In this document: piece by piece, positions 25,631 to 39,715 of the stretch
How positions within the stretch are numbered: position 1 is the stretch's first letter
Layout: each line of letters opens with the position of its first letter
Origin: Balanoglossus misakiensis
Lineage: Eukaryota > Animalia > Hemichordata
Direction: 5' to 3'
DNA length: 64,000 nucleotides
Assembly: GCA_040954595.2 (NCBI GenBank)
Contig: JBECUI020000026.1
Coordinates: 310,001 to 374,000, forward strand
Program-made: the position numbers and the translations under genes
The notes under the pieces: generated by a model
Told to the model about the DNA's origin: nothing
Seen by the model: the letters and a program-made list of their open reading frames with translations, nothing else
Databases searched by the model: none

Positions 25631-28600
25631 CTTAACCCAAGTTGATAGTACCCTTCTTGTCCTGGACAGAAGTCTATCTGTCAGTACAAATGGTGTAACC
25701 GTATCAGTAGATGACAACTCGTGGCATAATGTTGTCATGGTAATTGAAGAAGGCATTGTGGCAGTTTACTTGAATGGTGTTGCAGTAACATCACCCCTTC
25801 CATCCTGGACAGGTATCGATGACTCAGAAAAGTAAGTTGCTAGTGGAACTCCGAACATTTTTAACTCCTACAAAGCCATAGAAAATTGTCATCATCACAT
25901 GTTAAAATTCTATATTTTCCTATACTGTCAAGTTTTCCCAAGCCTCAAGAGAAGTGAACCATTTATTTGTGAAGCAGTTATCTTGTTTATAACTTATCTG
26001 CTAGGTAGCTTGTCTTACTCCTACATGACAATACAATATCATCATAACATGTTGCGACTTACAACAAAACTGGCCAAAAAAATCAAGGGAGCAAACTATG
26101 GACATCAGCAAAGCTATCTTCGTGGCACTTTCAAATTCAAACTTATGCGGAACGATACTGATTTTCACAGTTTATTTTTGACAACTTCTTACCAGCACTT
26201 TTAATGAATTCATTATTCTCTTGTTTTTCAACAGCTGTATGGTAATTCTTGGTCAAAGCTATGACGAAAATGGACTCCTTGACAACTATTTTAGCTTCCA
26301 TGGTGATGTTACACAGATGAATGTATACGATTATGTATTGACTCCTGTTGAAATCCAGAGTCTGGCTTTGAACTGTTCACAAAGTCCACTTGGCAATCAT
26401 GTCATGTGGGTTGAAATGGATCAAGAGTTATTGGGTAGTGTGGTCAAAATCCAGCCATCAGCTTGTGGAAGTACCAGGTGCCCAATTGGTTACTCTGGTT
26501 CACCATGCACACCTGTTGGTAAATAGCCTTATTCATTACTATCAAACAATTTTATGCATAATCTGACGAGGAGAAATTGGGTCATATTCACAGAGTTGAT
26601 TAATCCTAAATCCTTACTTTAACACAGCTCTCCTTGTAATGTTGTGTCTGTCCAGGGAAAACTGTGTGAAATTTTGAGTAGTTTTTCCTGTGTACATTCA
26701 CCAGCCCCTAGCTGCTGTGTGTTGTACTCCAATCACACAGCCTGCAATCTCCCTACTTTAGGAAGTATAGGGAATCATCATCTGCCCATGCCTGTATCGC
26801 TCACTCTTTTTGTTTCTACCGTACATGTATTTAACACTGAATGTAATGATACTATTCACAACCACCATCACCATCATCATCATCATAATCATCATCACCA
26901 CCACCACCACCACCATCATCATCATCATCGTCATCATCATCACCATCATCATCATCAGTTTCTGCTGTTCCAAGAACTAGGCTTATCATGAGTGTAATTG
27001 ATCATATCAGTTATTATGCCTATGGATACCATCTCATGACTCCTGTCCTATCTTGTAGTGTTTCTTGACAGTGATCTAGTCTATTCACATGTATCAGAAA
27101 ACAAGCACTTAACAATATCTGGATTTCTCATGAATATGTGACAGATATTAACATCTAGTAGTGCATTTACCTAAATGTACCAGTGTATGCATAGGGGGTG
27201 TGGACCAGTTGTTTAATTTACAAACATTTGTTATTCTTTCATTTTTTTTTTCTTCAGATAAACACGCTCCTGAAGTCATTTACTGTCCTAATACGACCCG
27301 TATAATTAGTCCTAATAGCTTGACAACAGGAGTATGGCAGGAGCCTATATTTACAGATTATGTCGCCATTGCCAATGTGACACAAACCTACACAATGGGT
27401 AAGTTTCCTATAAAATATCATTTCTGATTATAGATAATATATAACATTCACACTAACTAAGTTTTTTTTATCGGGGTGGGGTGGGGAGTTGATCTAAACA
27501 GAAACCAACAAGCTGAGACAACTTTCCTAAGATTATGGTCAGTATGAAGCATACTGGTACAGTTTATTCTTGTGGCCGTTACTCATATATGGCTAGCACA
27601 TCCTATGTGCGACAGATGATCTTGCTTCCAAGTATTAAAGCCTCAATTGCTGATACTATTACCATATGTTTATAGGCCCTTTCCTCGATCCCAGGGCAGT
27701 ACAATGAAGTTAAAACTCGAAAGCATTTGTGTTTGCACGTAATTGTTTATAGGAAACAAAAGATTTGACCAACTGTTGAGCAAGGCCTTTAATCAGTAAA
27801 GTACTTAATATTCTCCACTACTACTGGGGATACCCATACCACAAATGTTGTGTTCTCTTACAATGGGCAGTTGAATAAACGTGTGCGGCACCATATCTGT
27901 TTAGTATACATATCTTGTTCATGTTTATATGTACAGTCACAATCAGGAGTTGATAATATGCCTGTGTATACCCACCAGATAGCTCACTTAAATGGACCAT
28001 TCTAAGTTTGAAAAGAAAATCATGAAAAACATTCAAGAAACGGAAGCTATTTTGGCTTTAGCACCCATGCCTGTAATGATGTGCATAATTTTGTTCTTAC
28101 AGGTGACACCTTTTCCTGGGGAACCTACCAGATCAGCTATGTTGCTTCAGATACAGCTGGCAACAATGCACAGTGCAACTTTTTACTCTATGTACTGCGT
28201 GAGTGAATTTTTTTATCATTCATACATAAACTTTACAAATTAATTAATATCTTGACAAATTGTCATCTCTACCCCTTGTTATGTCTTGTCACATACTGTA
28301 AAACGGGACATTTTCGTGACAGAAAATATTTTGCAATATATCAAAAGAGGCAACTGTGACACGAGAATTAAATTTCCGCATTCTAGTATTTTACTAACTA
28401 CTCTGTTATCTCTGAAAAACATTTTATGCGACTTTATTTTCTTCTTTTTTTTTGCCGAAGTTTGGGAAAATTTGCCGTTTTACAGTAATATGATTGCATC
28501 ATTATCACTTTTGTCCCTATGTAACTATCAAAAATTATAACAACATCATTCAGAACATACAAGGACACTCAAACCCGTCTAAAACAAACCCTGTCTAATC

Positions 28601-31600
28601 GGGAAACCTCTCTTCAACCAACAGCTTTTCCTAGTCCCTTTTACATAGAAACATGTTAATGTGTTGGTGTTCTGTTTAAAAGATTTGACTGTGTAATAAA
28701 TATGGGTGTCACACATACACCATTAAGACAGTTCTGAAGCATCTCAGAATTGATACTGTCTTAAAAAAACATGTGTGGACGGTGTAAGTGGTCCTGAAAC
28801 GTCTCAGATTTTAGACGGCTCTGCCAGCCAGACCTGAGCCGGTGTAAGGATTAACACCTCTCCGCAACCCATTGTCTATGGGGCCGAGCCTCAGCGCCCA
28901 TACATAAACTTTGTGTGTGTGGACACAACATGACTCAAAGGATTAATGCTCTGTGGTTAGCACTGGCAAATAGTGTCTCAAATTTTACCCTGTGTGAACC
29001 TGGTAAAAGAGGCATTGTGCCCTAGTGGCTAGGGTTGTGGGTTCGTTACCTAGACCTGGACATTTGGGTAGTATTTGCCTGTTGGATGATATATGAGACA
29101 CAGACATTTGGGTAGTATTTGCCTGTTGGATGATAGATGAAATAAAATTAAAAATATATATATAGACAAATAAACTGTGTTCTCCTTTCTTTTACATCAT
29201 TTGATTGTGAAAAGCCAGCACCACCAGTTAAAGGTATTTCCATCTGTAATGAGTTTGAGTCGGGTGTGTTCTGTCAGGTGGATTGTTTACCAGGATACAA
29301 GTTTGCAAGCCTGCCAGCACCTTACTATCTCTGCCATAGTGAAGGATCTTTTAATCCTGAGAATCCAGACGAGGAATTCACCTTCCCTGGATGTTCAGGT
29401 GAGAAAAAAATGATTTGGTATCAGTAAAGAAATATAATCAGGTTGCACATGCACATTCAGAAAATTCTCCAAAGAGAGAGAGTTGTGAGAGGGGGTATTC
29501 CAGCATTGAGACAATTTTCTTTTAGTTATAAATGAAAAGAGAAATATGAGTAATGCAAATTCTTGCTTTACAGTATGTCAAGGTTGTGATTACAGGTAGA
29601 TAATTTGTTAACATCATATCTGCTTACCCCAATAAAAAGCTCCAGTACATTTGAGCTATTTTCTTAATATTTTGTTCTGGGTAAGCAGCTGTAACTTTCC
29701 TGATTGGCTAAGCGGTTTCGCAGTCTAAGTCAATACATCGTTCGCTAGATTGAAAATTGCATCTTTAACAAAATTTGTTTGTTTGTATTGTTCTACTGCA
29801 GCTCCTGGGAAGACTCAACGTGGAGTGAATTGTGGCGTGTCATACAATTCACGGGCTGGTACATGTAACAATGGTGTCATCCAGCAATTGAGGATCAGTT
29901 TTATGAACACTATCAACTATCTGAATGATTTGTTTGGTATTTGTGGCGGTGAATGCAACTTTGATGACCTTGAAATAACCTGCGGCGCCTCAAACCGAAG
30001 AAAGAGACAGGCTGATACTCAGCTTGTGGTTCAGTTCAGTTTCACAACCAATGCGTGAGTAGTAATTGTTATTTTTCGAGTATTTCATTCCCCTTCTGTT
30101 CTATTGAAATGACTTTGGTGACATGTCTAGGGTACTGATCCCAGGCTGTGTGAGGACCAGCTCTGTATTCCCTATACAGTTGGTGTTTGCATTATTGCAA
30201 AATATTCCATTCATGCAAGTGAAAACAAATTATTTTGTGTCTTAACACTCAAACATTTTCAGTTTTTGGCAACCCCATCATTTCTGCCCACCTTCCTTCA
30301 TGTTGCGGCATCCTGTATTCTAAAGATTCATGCATTCGAAATATACTGCAAAACGTGTTATTTTCGCGAGCAGTAAATTTCTGCAAAACATGTGCTGGTC
30401 AAAAAAACGTTAAAATAAAAAGTTGTGTAAAATGTTTTTGGAGATAATGATGCAGTTAGTGAAATACGAGAACTCGAAAATTCGTCCTCACGTAACAGTT
30501 GCCTCTTTTAATATCGCGAAAATTTCCTGTCGTGAAAACAATTCAGTTTACAGTACACACTTCTGGTTGGTATTGTAATGTGGCATATGTAAGAATTTTT
30601 TGCCTGTTGTTTTATCCATTAGCTCTGCTGATGCTGCAGTTGTAGTTATTGAAGATGCAGTCAAGAATGGTCCTTTTGATACAGCTGAATATTCGGTCGA
30701 CGCTGAGACATTACAAGTTGAAAGTACAATATTCTGTTCCAATAGTAGTGTTCTTGTTGGAGAAGAATGTGGTGAGTGCCTATACTCCTCAGTTGTTATG
30801 TACTTTAACCCTTTCACTCCCAGTTTCCTCTATAGAGGTCAAACCTTACCATAGAAAACAATTGGTTTGGACTGAACCATGGTGGTGAAAGGATTAAAAC
30901 TGTGTCCAAAATTAATATTATAAAAAGGTGTAGATGTTAATATGTTTATATCGCCTGATATGACCTGTTAGGTGGGCCGTATTGCTGTGAGTGTGGTTGT
31001 GAGTCGCAGTGTACAAATTAAAGACAAGTGTGAGTGGTAAATACAACCCAACCAAGAGGTGATATAAGGAAATAATTGATTTGATATGCTCATACCAAGG
31101 AGGGACAAAGTCTCTTTCTCGCTGCCCTTTTTCCATTAATTATGTTTGATAGAAGACACAGTTAATGTTATTCTACATGTGGATATATAGTGAATCAACA
31201 TTCAACCACACACAACTGCAATCCCACTTGTAGACACAAGAGTGAAAAACTGGCCAAAATGAATGCTGTGTGTTACAATTGTAGTTGTGTTTTAAACCAT
31301 TAATGCATAATGATCAGTACATGAACAATGTATACATCTGCCTTCAACATTTTGTATTTCCACAGTATTGTGTCCTGAAGGGTCGTACCATGACACTGAG
31401 CTGAGTCAGTGCCATCCTTGTGCAATTGGATATTATCAACCCCTTGAAGGACAAACAGCATGCAATGCCTGTCCAAATAATGGAGTCACCAGGGGAAAGA
31501 GATCATTATCCATCTTGCAGTGTTTTGGTATGTATAACAGAAGGCAATATCTCCTCCTCGTCCACAGCCATAGCCTAGTATCTAGCCGTATTCCAAAACT

Positions 31601-34600
31601 AGCGTCTAGCCTCACTCATGCCACTGGCCCGATAAAACCCCATACCCCTTGCCGGGAATTGTGACGTATATATCAAATTATTGTGGTGTGATCCAATATG
31701 GAAAGAATGACAATTGGAATGTTCATCTCTTTGGTTGAAAAAATAATTTTTCAACAATGATGTCTATTGCAGAGAGGTGCGATGTTGGTCACTACTTTGA
31801 CAACGGGACTTCTCAGTGCCAAAGCTGCCCCATTGGATTCTGGCAATCAGAAGAAGGAAAGTTTGTGTGTAATACTTGCCCAAAGGGAATGCTTACATTA
31901 GTTGAAGGAGCTACTGATGAGTCACAATGTCAGGGTAGGTACTTGTGTTATTTGCTATTCTTGACTATCAATCACATGATCTGGCCATGTGACGTACCCA
32001 TGGCGTTATCATTTGTAAGTGACAGGCAAGCAATATTTCGGCATCCAGTAAACTTTTTTCCGAGTAGGTTTTTACTTTAGAACCGCCAGATATGTAACAT
32101 ATTCAACAGTTTAACAAATTCACGTGAGTGAAAAGCAGATAATCGTGAATATCAAAAAATTAATCTTCTCAATTACAGAGGTATGTAAATCAGTGGGAGT
32201 CCAACTTAGTGTCAATGGGTCTTGTGAGTCGTGTCCCATGGGAACCTATCGATCAAATGCTGAACTTCAGCCATCTTGTATGCCGTGCCCATTTGGCTTC
32301 ACCACAAGAACAGTCGGTTCAACCTTAAGTGAAGATTGTAATGTTTGTAAGTATTATGTATACAACTTTTCATGTTGTATCTCAACTGTACTGAACTGAA
32401 GGTTGTATTATTGTGCCTCAGTTGTTCAAAATAATGATAGTCCTCCAATTTTATTCTATGCTCTTTTTCCATTCCATCAACAGCTTACTGCAATGTTGGT
32501 TGGTACTTGAATCAGGAGTCCTATAGATGTGAGAAATGCCCTGTTGGAACATATAACTTTGAATTCAACCAGGATGCTTGTCAACCATGCCCAACTGGCT
32601 ACACTACAGGCAGAGAGGGTACCCTATATGAAACAGAATGTGATGGTAGGAATAAATTTTTCATAATCATAGAACTGATAACATGCATGAAGTGCTTGTG
32701 GAGATCAACCTTAACTGTTCAATCTGACACAAACACTTCATTATAAGAAATTTTCTTCTTTATTTAGAGTATCATTTGATATGTGTGTGATCCAATATTT
32801 TTATATAATTTAATAATGCTCCTCTTTTAACACCTTTTCTGAAAATTTCACGGAAATAACAATATTGTAATACTGTTTTCTCAGAATTCTACATGTTAGG
32901 CTATGGAATGTGATAACCATGCACTGCATCTGGGTAGTCATCTAACTTAAAGGTATACAGTCACCTCCAATTTACAAACGCCCATATATGGCTGAAATGG
33001 AGTATATGAGAGTTCTAAAGAACATATGGTGGCGCTCTTTTTTGCATGTGCCACCCACTGAAAATCTGTGATTGGCTAGATCTCCTTTTGCCATGGTAAC
33101 TATAGCTAATTTTCCATAGGTGACCGTATACCTTTAACTGGTGATATGTATGAAGATCCCATAGTTTTATTTGGTGGTCAGTTAAAGACATTGCAAGAAT
33201 TTTTGTTTTCTAGATGCACATGAATGTCGTCTTGGTCTGGATGACTGTCACCCAAATGGCACTTGCAGGAATCTTGTACCAGGATATGAATGCACTTGCA
33301 AAACTGGTTTCACTGGTGATGGAATAACTTGTACAGGTATGTAACTATCTACAACTGAAATGTCAACAGAAATATGTACAGCTAAAACGTAGAAACTACT
33401 GTTGATTTAGTATCTCTCTTGCTGCCCTTTTTCCATTAATTATGTTTGATACAAGACACTGTTTATGTTATTCACCCGGTACATGTGGATATATAGTGAA
33501 TCAACGTTCGACAGCACACAACTTCCATTCCGTTTGTAAGAAATGAATCTGCAAGTGGGTTTAGTTCTTGTCTAATACAAATGGTTCGTCAGGTAGAATA
33601 ATGTGATGTGATTTTATTCTTGTGTCTAGATAAATGTGAAGGGTTCTGCTCAAACAATGCTGTTTGCATCAAGGACAGTGATGGCAATCCTGTTTGTGAA
33701 TGTACTGATGAATATCAAGGTGAAACTTGCCGCCAGAGAATACCAATGCAAGTTAAAGGTGTGTATACATTTCTTTGTCTTTTAATAACCCAAGATTGAA
33801 AAACAATATTCACTAAAGTTTACACATTTGTTTGATCTACATGATTACAGTTTACGTTGTCTTGAAAATATTTGTGAAAATGGTGAAACTGCAACATCTG
33901 CAGTATAACTAGATTTTTGGTCAACTAACCATTTTACAATAGTTAAGCATCATAATGAATGGTTGTCTTGCTTTTATCGTAGCATATCGCCCCCGTGACA
34001 AATAGAAATATTTAAACTCTTACAGATTCCTCCGTTGACACAGCTGTCATCATTGGTGGTGTTGCGGGAGGTTTAGCGGCTGTGTTAGTGCTTGGTGTAA
34101 TAATGTTACTCATGTACCAACGGTAAGTTATTTAGTACTACCAGAGTAGAATCGAGACAGCTGTAGAAATGTTGCCCATCAGAAAACTGGGAATTTACCT
34201 GTATCTTTCCATACATGCATGAGGCAACATGAAAAATAATCACATCTGTATCGTGGAAGCAAATTTATTCAAAGAGTTCATGCATAGACCTATTCGCGTA
34301 TAGGGTAACTGCAGTGCATCATGGTATAATTTGCGTTCAACATGCATGGCGGCTAACAAGGCAAAGTCACGCGACCAGACCGCAAAGTGTCCAACAACCA
34401 CCTGCGTTATTCTACAGTAGTAACAACATCACAACAAATCCCACATTGATGATGTTCAACTATTTGACATTCAGGTGTGCTCTTGGAGGAAAGAAACATC
34501 CAGGCTGGGAAGAACAAGAGGCAACTATGGATATCCATTGGTTTGATGATACAGATGATGTTGATAGCAAGGCAGGGAAAAGTGTGGAAGATGAGGAAGC

Positions 34601-34739
34601 CTTCAGAGAAATCTATCACTACAATCCCATGTATAGTGGCGACAGTGGTAGTGCCAGTGGAAGTGAGGAATGGAGACCAAGGCCTCTTAAGAGTAGAAAT
34701 GAACTATTTCATGAGAGTCACGGAGACAGATACTTCTAA
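25631..34739 (+). CDS. 3' portion of an SVEP1/Uninflatable-like type-I membrane protein (pentraxin, EGF, HYR, sushi, furin site, ephrin-receptor-like Cys repeats, cbEGF, EGF, TM, NPxY tail)
   Basis: Phase-compatible exons: 25631-25831, 26235-26518, 27258-27398, 28103-28198, 29198-29398, 29802-30054, 30623-30771, 31366-31527, 31773-31934, 32179-32346, 32484-32645, 33214-33336, 33630-33758, 34026-34122, 34475-34739. Motifs: WHNVVMV / ILGQ / FHGDVTQMNVYDYVL (pentraxin); DKHAPEVIYCP...YVASDTAGNNAQCNF (HYR); repeated C-P-x-G-x-Y/F; TM VIIGGVAGGLAAVLVLGVIMLLM. All introns are GT-AG except the acceptor at 29196-29197. Confidence 0.92.
26860..26956. repeat. (CAT/CAC)n intronic microsatellite
   Basis: Direct read; produces the spurious poly-His ORF. 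Confidence 0.95.
28296..28485. mobile_element. Tc1/mariner-type MITE with TA TSD; a related element lies at 30346-30553
   Basis: TA-CTGTAAAACGG...CCGTTTTACAG-TA. Confidence 0.75.
30809..30893. mobile_element. 85-bp piggyBac-like MITE
   Basis: TTAA-CCCTTTCAC...GTGAAAGGA-TTAA. Confidence 0.75.
31110..31265 (+). repeat. Interspersed repeat shared by introns of both genes (also about 33413-33540 and 61935-62165)
   Basis: Shared core ttccattaattatgtttgata(g/c)aagacac...tacatgtggatatatagtgaatcaac. The 62 kb copy folds back on itself. Confidence 0.85.
32951..33133. mobile_element. Kolobok-like MITE (TTAA TSD, AG termini)
   Basis: TTAA-AGGTATACAGTCACCT...AGGTGACCGTATACCT-TTAA. Confidence 0.85.
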
Positions 34740-36369
34740 TGTGCCATCTCTGTGTGTACATGTATGGTATAATTCAAATGATAACTAGAATGGTTTTCAT
34801 TTTGTGAGTTGACACAGTACTGTGATAAGCTTGGTATAATCCCATAAATGATAACAATAATAGTTATGCTTTGTCAGACGACAGTACTGTGATAAGCGCA
34901 CATTAAATTGGTTGGAGTGAAACAGATCTTTATTATTACACTCTTAGCAACATCTGAATGAAATGATCATAAATAATCATCTTTAAAGTATGTTGGTTAT
35001 AAGGCTATATATTTTACATATTTTAAAGAATTTTCCTTAAAAATTTGTTATGACTTATTATAAGGTATTGTGTAATGAAAAAGATATGATAATACGAGAA
35101 TTCCTAAACAACAACATATTTTTGTTGAATTTGGAGGACAAATTTAACAGTGTACCAATTCAGCTCTCCCTTTGCATGCTGACTTGCTTCTGTATTCATA
35201 CAAGGCAGCATTTATCCTTAACTTGATCAGATAGAAGGTCTTTTCATCCAAATGCATAGATTATGAATTATTTCTCTCAATATATTCAGTGACTACCTCC
35301 CGATGATATATATCCTCCTGAATTAGTGCTTCAAATTTTGATATTTTTCTTGATATTTTTCTTTAATTTGACTTCAACCGTCACCATTCTCCAAGACTGT
35401 AAAAGAAGGGAGATGATGATTAACTATTATCAATTTTTTTGCCCCTTGTACTGTCTTTACAACTGGCCGTATAAATCTGATATTTGTTTGGCATGCGAAT
35501 TTTGGAATATGGATGTGTATGATCACAATTATAAGATCCTCAAAATAAAAGATCCTATCATTTCATTTGGTTAATAACCAGTTCATAGGTGAATGGAAAT
35601 ATAGTTACTCACTTTGAGACCTGACATGTATATATAATAATTCAAAGTATTTATTCGCATATTTTTATATTATTCATGGTGTTATAGATCAATGGAAATT
35701 TTTCAAATTAAATTCATGTATATAAAATGTAGCAATGTAATGTCATATGTGAAACCCTTAATCTTGATATTGTAATTCATTGTAGAATATGATTATATTG
35801 TGTTATTCACTCAACTTGTGCATGTATGTTTAAGATTCATGCAAAATTACTTTTTTATACAAACTGTTCCTTTTTGTGTTGTTCGGAGGTGACAACTCAT
35901 CAACAATGAAATAAGTTTGGGAAATTTTTGAACAAAGTCATGAAGTGGAAGTACTATAAATAAGTTTAATATCTGTTTGAGTTGTCCTGCCAGAAGTCAA
36001 CATTTTTAGCTTATACAAATACTGGTGCAACTACAGAACAGTTGAAGAATTTCATCATTATATTTATGTTTTAATTACAAGTATATCAATTGTACCTTTT
36101 CCTTATATTAAAAGCATATTTTTATTATAATATTTAACTGAGTTCTTTGTCTACTTTTTTAAACTGACAATTTGTCAGTCATTACCATAACCCTGGAGTG
36201 TATTTCACTGTGTCCAGAGATTCTTCTGTAGTTGTTATAATAAGACATCAAACCAGGTCCAATAATCAATATTACTCAAGCTAAGCTAATTACCAGGTCC
36301 AGGTTCAAAAAAGAAATAAGAGAAAAACTTACAATTTCAACAGGATCATCTTGAACCACTGCTAAGTGG

Positions 36370-36825
36370 TAGTACTCGCACAGGGGGGCTGCAAACATGA
36401 AAGTTATAAAAGGCGGAGTTCCTGCATTTTCCCCCAATAAACATTAATTGATGAACAGTCTTTGTGCTTGTTTATTTTTCTGTGTTACCTCCACCTGTCT
36501 TAGCAGTTGCTAATCCAGAATACAAACTATTGCATTTCCCATTAAGCACCTGCTAACGACTTAATCTGTGTGCCCCATCCATGGATTTAGTGGATTAAGT
36601 AAACATCGGTCAGTTCTCACTTGGTAAGAGAATACCCAGTACTCGCTGACCGATGTTTACTTTATTAACTTAATCCATGGATGGGGCACACAGATTAAGT
36701 CGTTAGCAATGGGAAATGGATAGCTTTTATTCTGGATTAGCAAATGATAAGACAGGTTGGGAAAACGCAGAATGGAACGTACTTCGCCATTTATAACTTT
36801 CATGTTTGCAGCCCCTGTGGTACTA
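36370..36825. mobile_element. Foldback MITE-like palindrome, arms about 180-245 bp, loop about 30 bp
   Basis: cacaggggggctgcaaacatgaaagttataa pairs with ttataactttcatgtttgcagcccctgtg; gtaaacatcggtcag pairs with ctgaccgatgtttac. Confidence 0.85.
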
Positions 36826-39433
36826 GGTGTCGGAAATCGGTAAGCACACCCTTCCAGCATGCTACACCCGTTAAGACTGACCCAAAGAGACATATTTAAG
36901 TTGAATTTGACTTAACTAACAAATTACTGTTGCAAGTCAAATCCATATTTTGACTTTATCTCTGACTGAGCGCAGCGTTGTCTGAGAGACACTCCACGTC
37001 TTCCTCTTCACAAGCAGCCCACTTCAAGTTTCAGCAACATCCATAATAGTCCTAAAGTTGAGGTGCCAGTTAAAATTAGGTTTTTGGACCAAACTGGAAT
37101 AGCTGCCGAAGTTTGGTATTTCAAATGATTGTCAGGTCACCTGTTTATTATATGACTGTGAGGTTTCTAACAAAAGGGAGATGACATACAATCACAAGTG
37201 TAAATCCAATATTGAACATTACTTAAAGGGACAAATTGTTCAAATCCTCTTTTGAGCTTATTTGGTCAATTTTGTTTGATATGAAATGTGCCTATTATGC
37301 TGTTTGACTTCTTTAAACATGCTTAAATACTGGCCAATAAATAACTCCACTATGTTTGAAATTAAACCAGATAGTACAATAATACATTCCAAATGTCATC
37401 TGTGATAACATCATGCTTTGGACTTTTTTACTTTATATATTACATAACATGTTACGGAGGGGGGAGAGAGGTGAGAAAAGGAATGTGAGAAAGGAGAAGA
37501 AAAGCAAGAGGGCGGAAATGAGAATGTCAGGATGGAAAGGGAATGAGGGGAGGACTTTGACAGAAGGGGAGGGGAGAGACCGAATAAGTGAAGGTGAGAG
37601 AGGAAGTGGTTAGACAGGAAGAAAGGGAAATTAAAGCTCAATCACCACCACCACCACCACCACAATCATCATCATCACCATCATCATTCTGGAGGCATCG
37701 TGGCCTGTATTTGCCCATGGGCATCATGGGCCAAAAAAACTGATTCAGTGTAAATGTGCATAAACCACACTTTTGTACGAACTCCTGTAACCGGTGACGC
37801 AAGTCGTGAGTGGATTTGTGGGCGTGTCGCGACCTTTTCTGTGAACGTGATGCAGAGTGATATATTGATGACCCCCAGCCACCCCCACACCCTTTGGTAA
37901 CACACTTCTTAAACTTTCTTTACATAGAATGGACTTCTCAAACCTTCCTTACCAAAGTTCTGATTAAAGATATCTATCTTCTAGGGTACTACCAACAGCG
38001 TTTCACGTGACTGTAGACAAGCATCAAGTACCTGTACACAGACAAGGGCGTGCGCGCGTCCACAATAATTTAAAACGAATGTTTCCACCGCCGTGTGTTT
38101 TATGCACATAAACACTGAATCAGCTTTAATATTGTCCCATGATGCCCCGTGAGTTGTCAGGGTACCAAACTGACAATGCTGGAGAAAAAATGAAGTGTTG
38201 ACATGCATGTTGTTGAGGGGTTTCACAATGCATGTTACGGACGCTGGTTTCTCTTAGCAAAAGAGTAGAGGCGTAAGGATGGGTTGATCTTGTGATTAAG
38301 AATTTTGGCAAAGAAACAGAAATTGTGTCATTTAGTTTTGTATTAAACCCTATTCGCGTATTTTGTGTTAAAGCACGAAATACTGCAATAATGAGATACG
38401 GTAGTATTTAACACATATAATATATGATATAATATAGCTTTATCAATACCAGTGAATTTTGTGACGTCATTGCTGTACATTTTTTTATCTTTTATTTAAA
38501 ACGCACAATGTTACATCAACAAATCAAAAGAAGAAACGAACTGAAAACTCACATCATAGCTTCAAAATTTATTACACTTTCTGGATGGTTGCATGATTCC
38601 TAAGGTTTGTATACCTTCAACCTCAATGTCACGCGGGAGGATTGGTGTTGGGAATGTAACGGGGAATTAAACTCTATCGATGGGGATAACTCGCTTGGCT
38701 AATACTGAGAGGTACCTATATGGAATCGTGCTGACGTCCAGATACATCGACACGAACACTGGGTATTTATGGTAGCAACTGAGAATATAAGAATTTAATG
38801 AAATAAACCTACTCGACCACTTGCGTTCTGAGGACAAGAAGGACACAAATAGTCCGCCATCCAAAAGACCGTTCCAGCATTTTATTTTTACCCGCCAAAA
38901 GACGCGGAGATATATTTTTAGATGAATGATCCATGCATACTCTGATTGCATAGTACTTGTCTTCCTTGTGTTCCTTAAAACAATGAATGTATTGTATTTT
39001 CTTTTCTTTTCATCAGGAATGCGATAACTTTCTTAACACTTCAAAAGTTTCTTTACTCTTCAATCACTTCTGTCTCAACTTTTAAGTTTAACTTTTACTT
39101 CCAAATCTCAGGTCACAAACTCTATAGACTGCTAAACAATTTTCTTCCTAGTGTTGTATGCGCCACTTGTGAATTATTGCGAGTGAGATTCACGGGCGTT
39201 TGAGCACAATTTATACAAAATATGTTTATCGCCATTAGAAAAACGTTCGCGTAGAATCAATGACGTCATGGTAAATTTTAGCTGCATGCTCCAATAGGGA
39301 TGATAGGGAGACTACTTGTTGTAGAGCACCTGAAAATGTACGTATTTCGTCACTTCCTTTTCGCGAAATTTAATTCTTAACGGCATCTTAGTTTTAAGAT
39401 TTGTGATTCCTTTTTTCTTCAGTTGTACATTTG

Positions 39434-39715
39434 CATCACGGGATACTTCTTTGTAGACTATCGAACCTTGGCATCTCAGACACAGTACTAACATGGTTTA
39501 CATCTTACCTTCAATATAGATATCAAACTGTAATCATCGAAAACACTGCAAGTTCACAGTCACCTCTCGTATACGGGGTGCCACTGCCCCTCTGTTGTTC
39601 ACCATTTATATAGCCCCACTTTATAGTAAACCGATTCGTCCCCACATCCTACAATTTCATCAGTACGCGGATGATAACCAGCGATACCTCGCCTTTTCCC
39701 ATCAAGATTCAACCT
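39434..39715 (+). mobile_element. Degenerate LINE (CR1/L2-type) reverse transcriptase fragment
   Basis: HHGILLCRLSNLGISDTVLTWFTSYLQYRYQTV...YGVP, then after frameshifts PLLFTIYIAPL and FHQYADDNQ (YADD catalytic motif). Confidence 0.9.

Noticed and set aside
26644-26991. Poly-His ORF
   Set aside because: It comes from an intronic CAT/CAC microsatellite.
37455-37686. Arg/Glu/Gly-rich ORF
   Set aside because: Purine-rich low-complexity DNA plus a CAC/CAT microsatellite.
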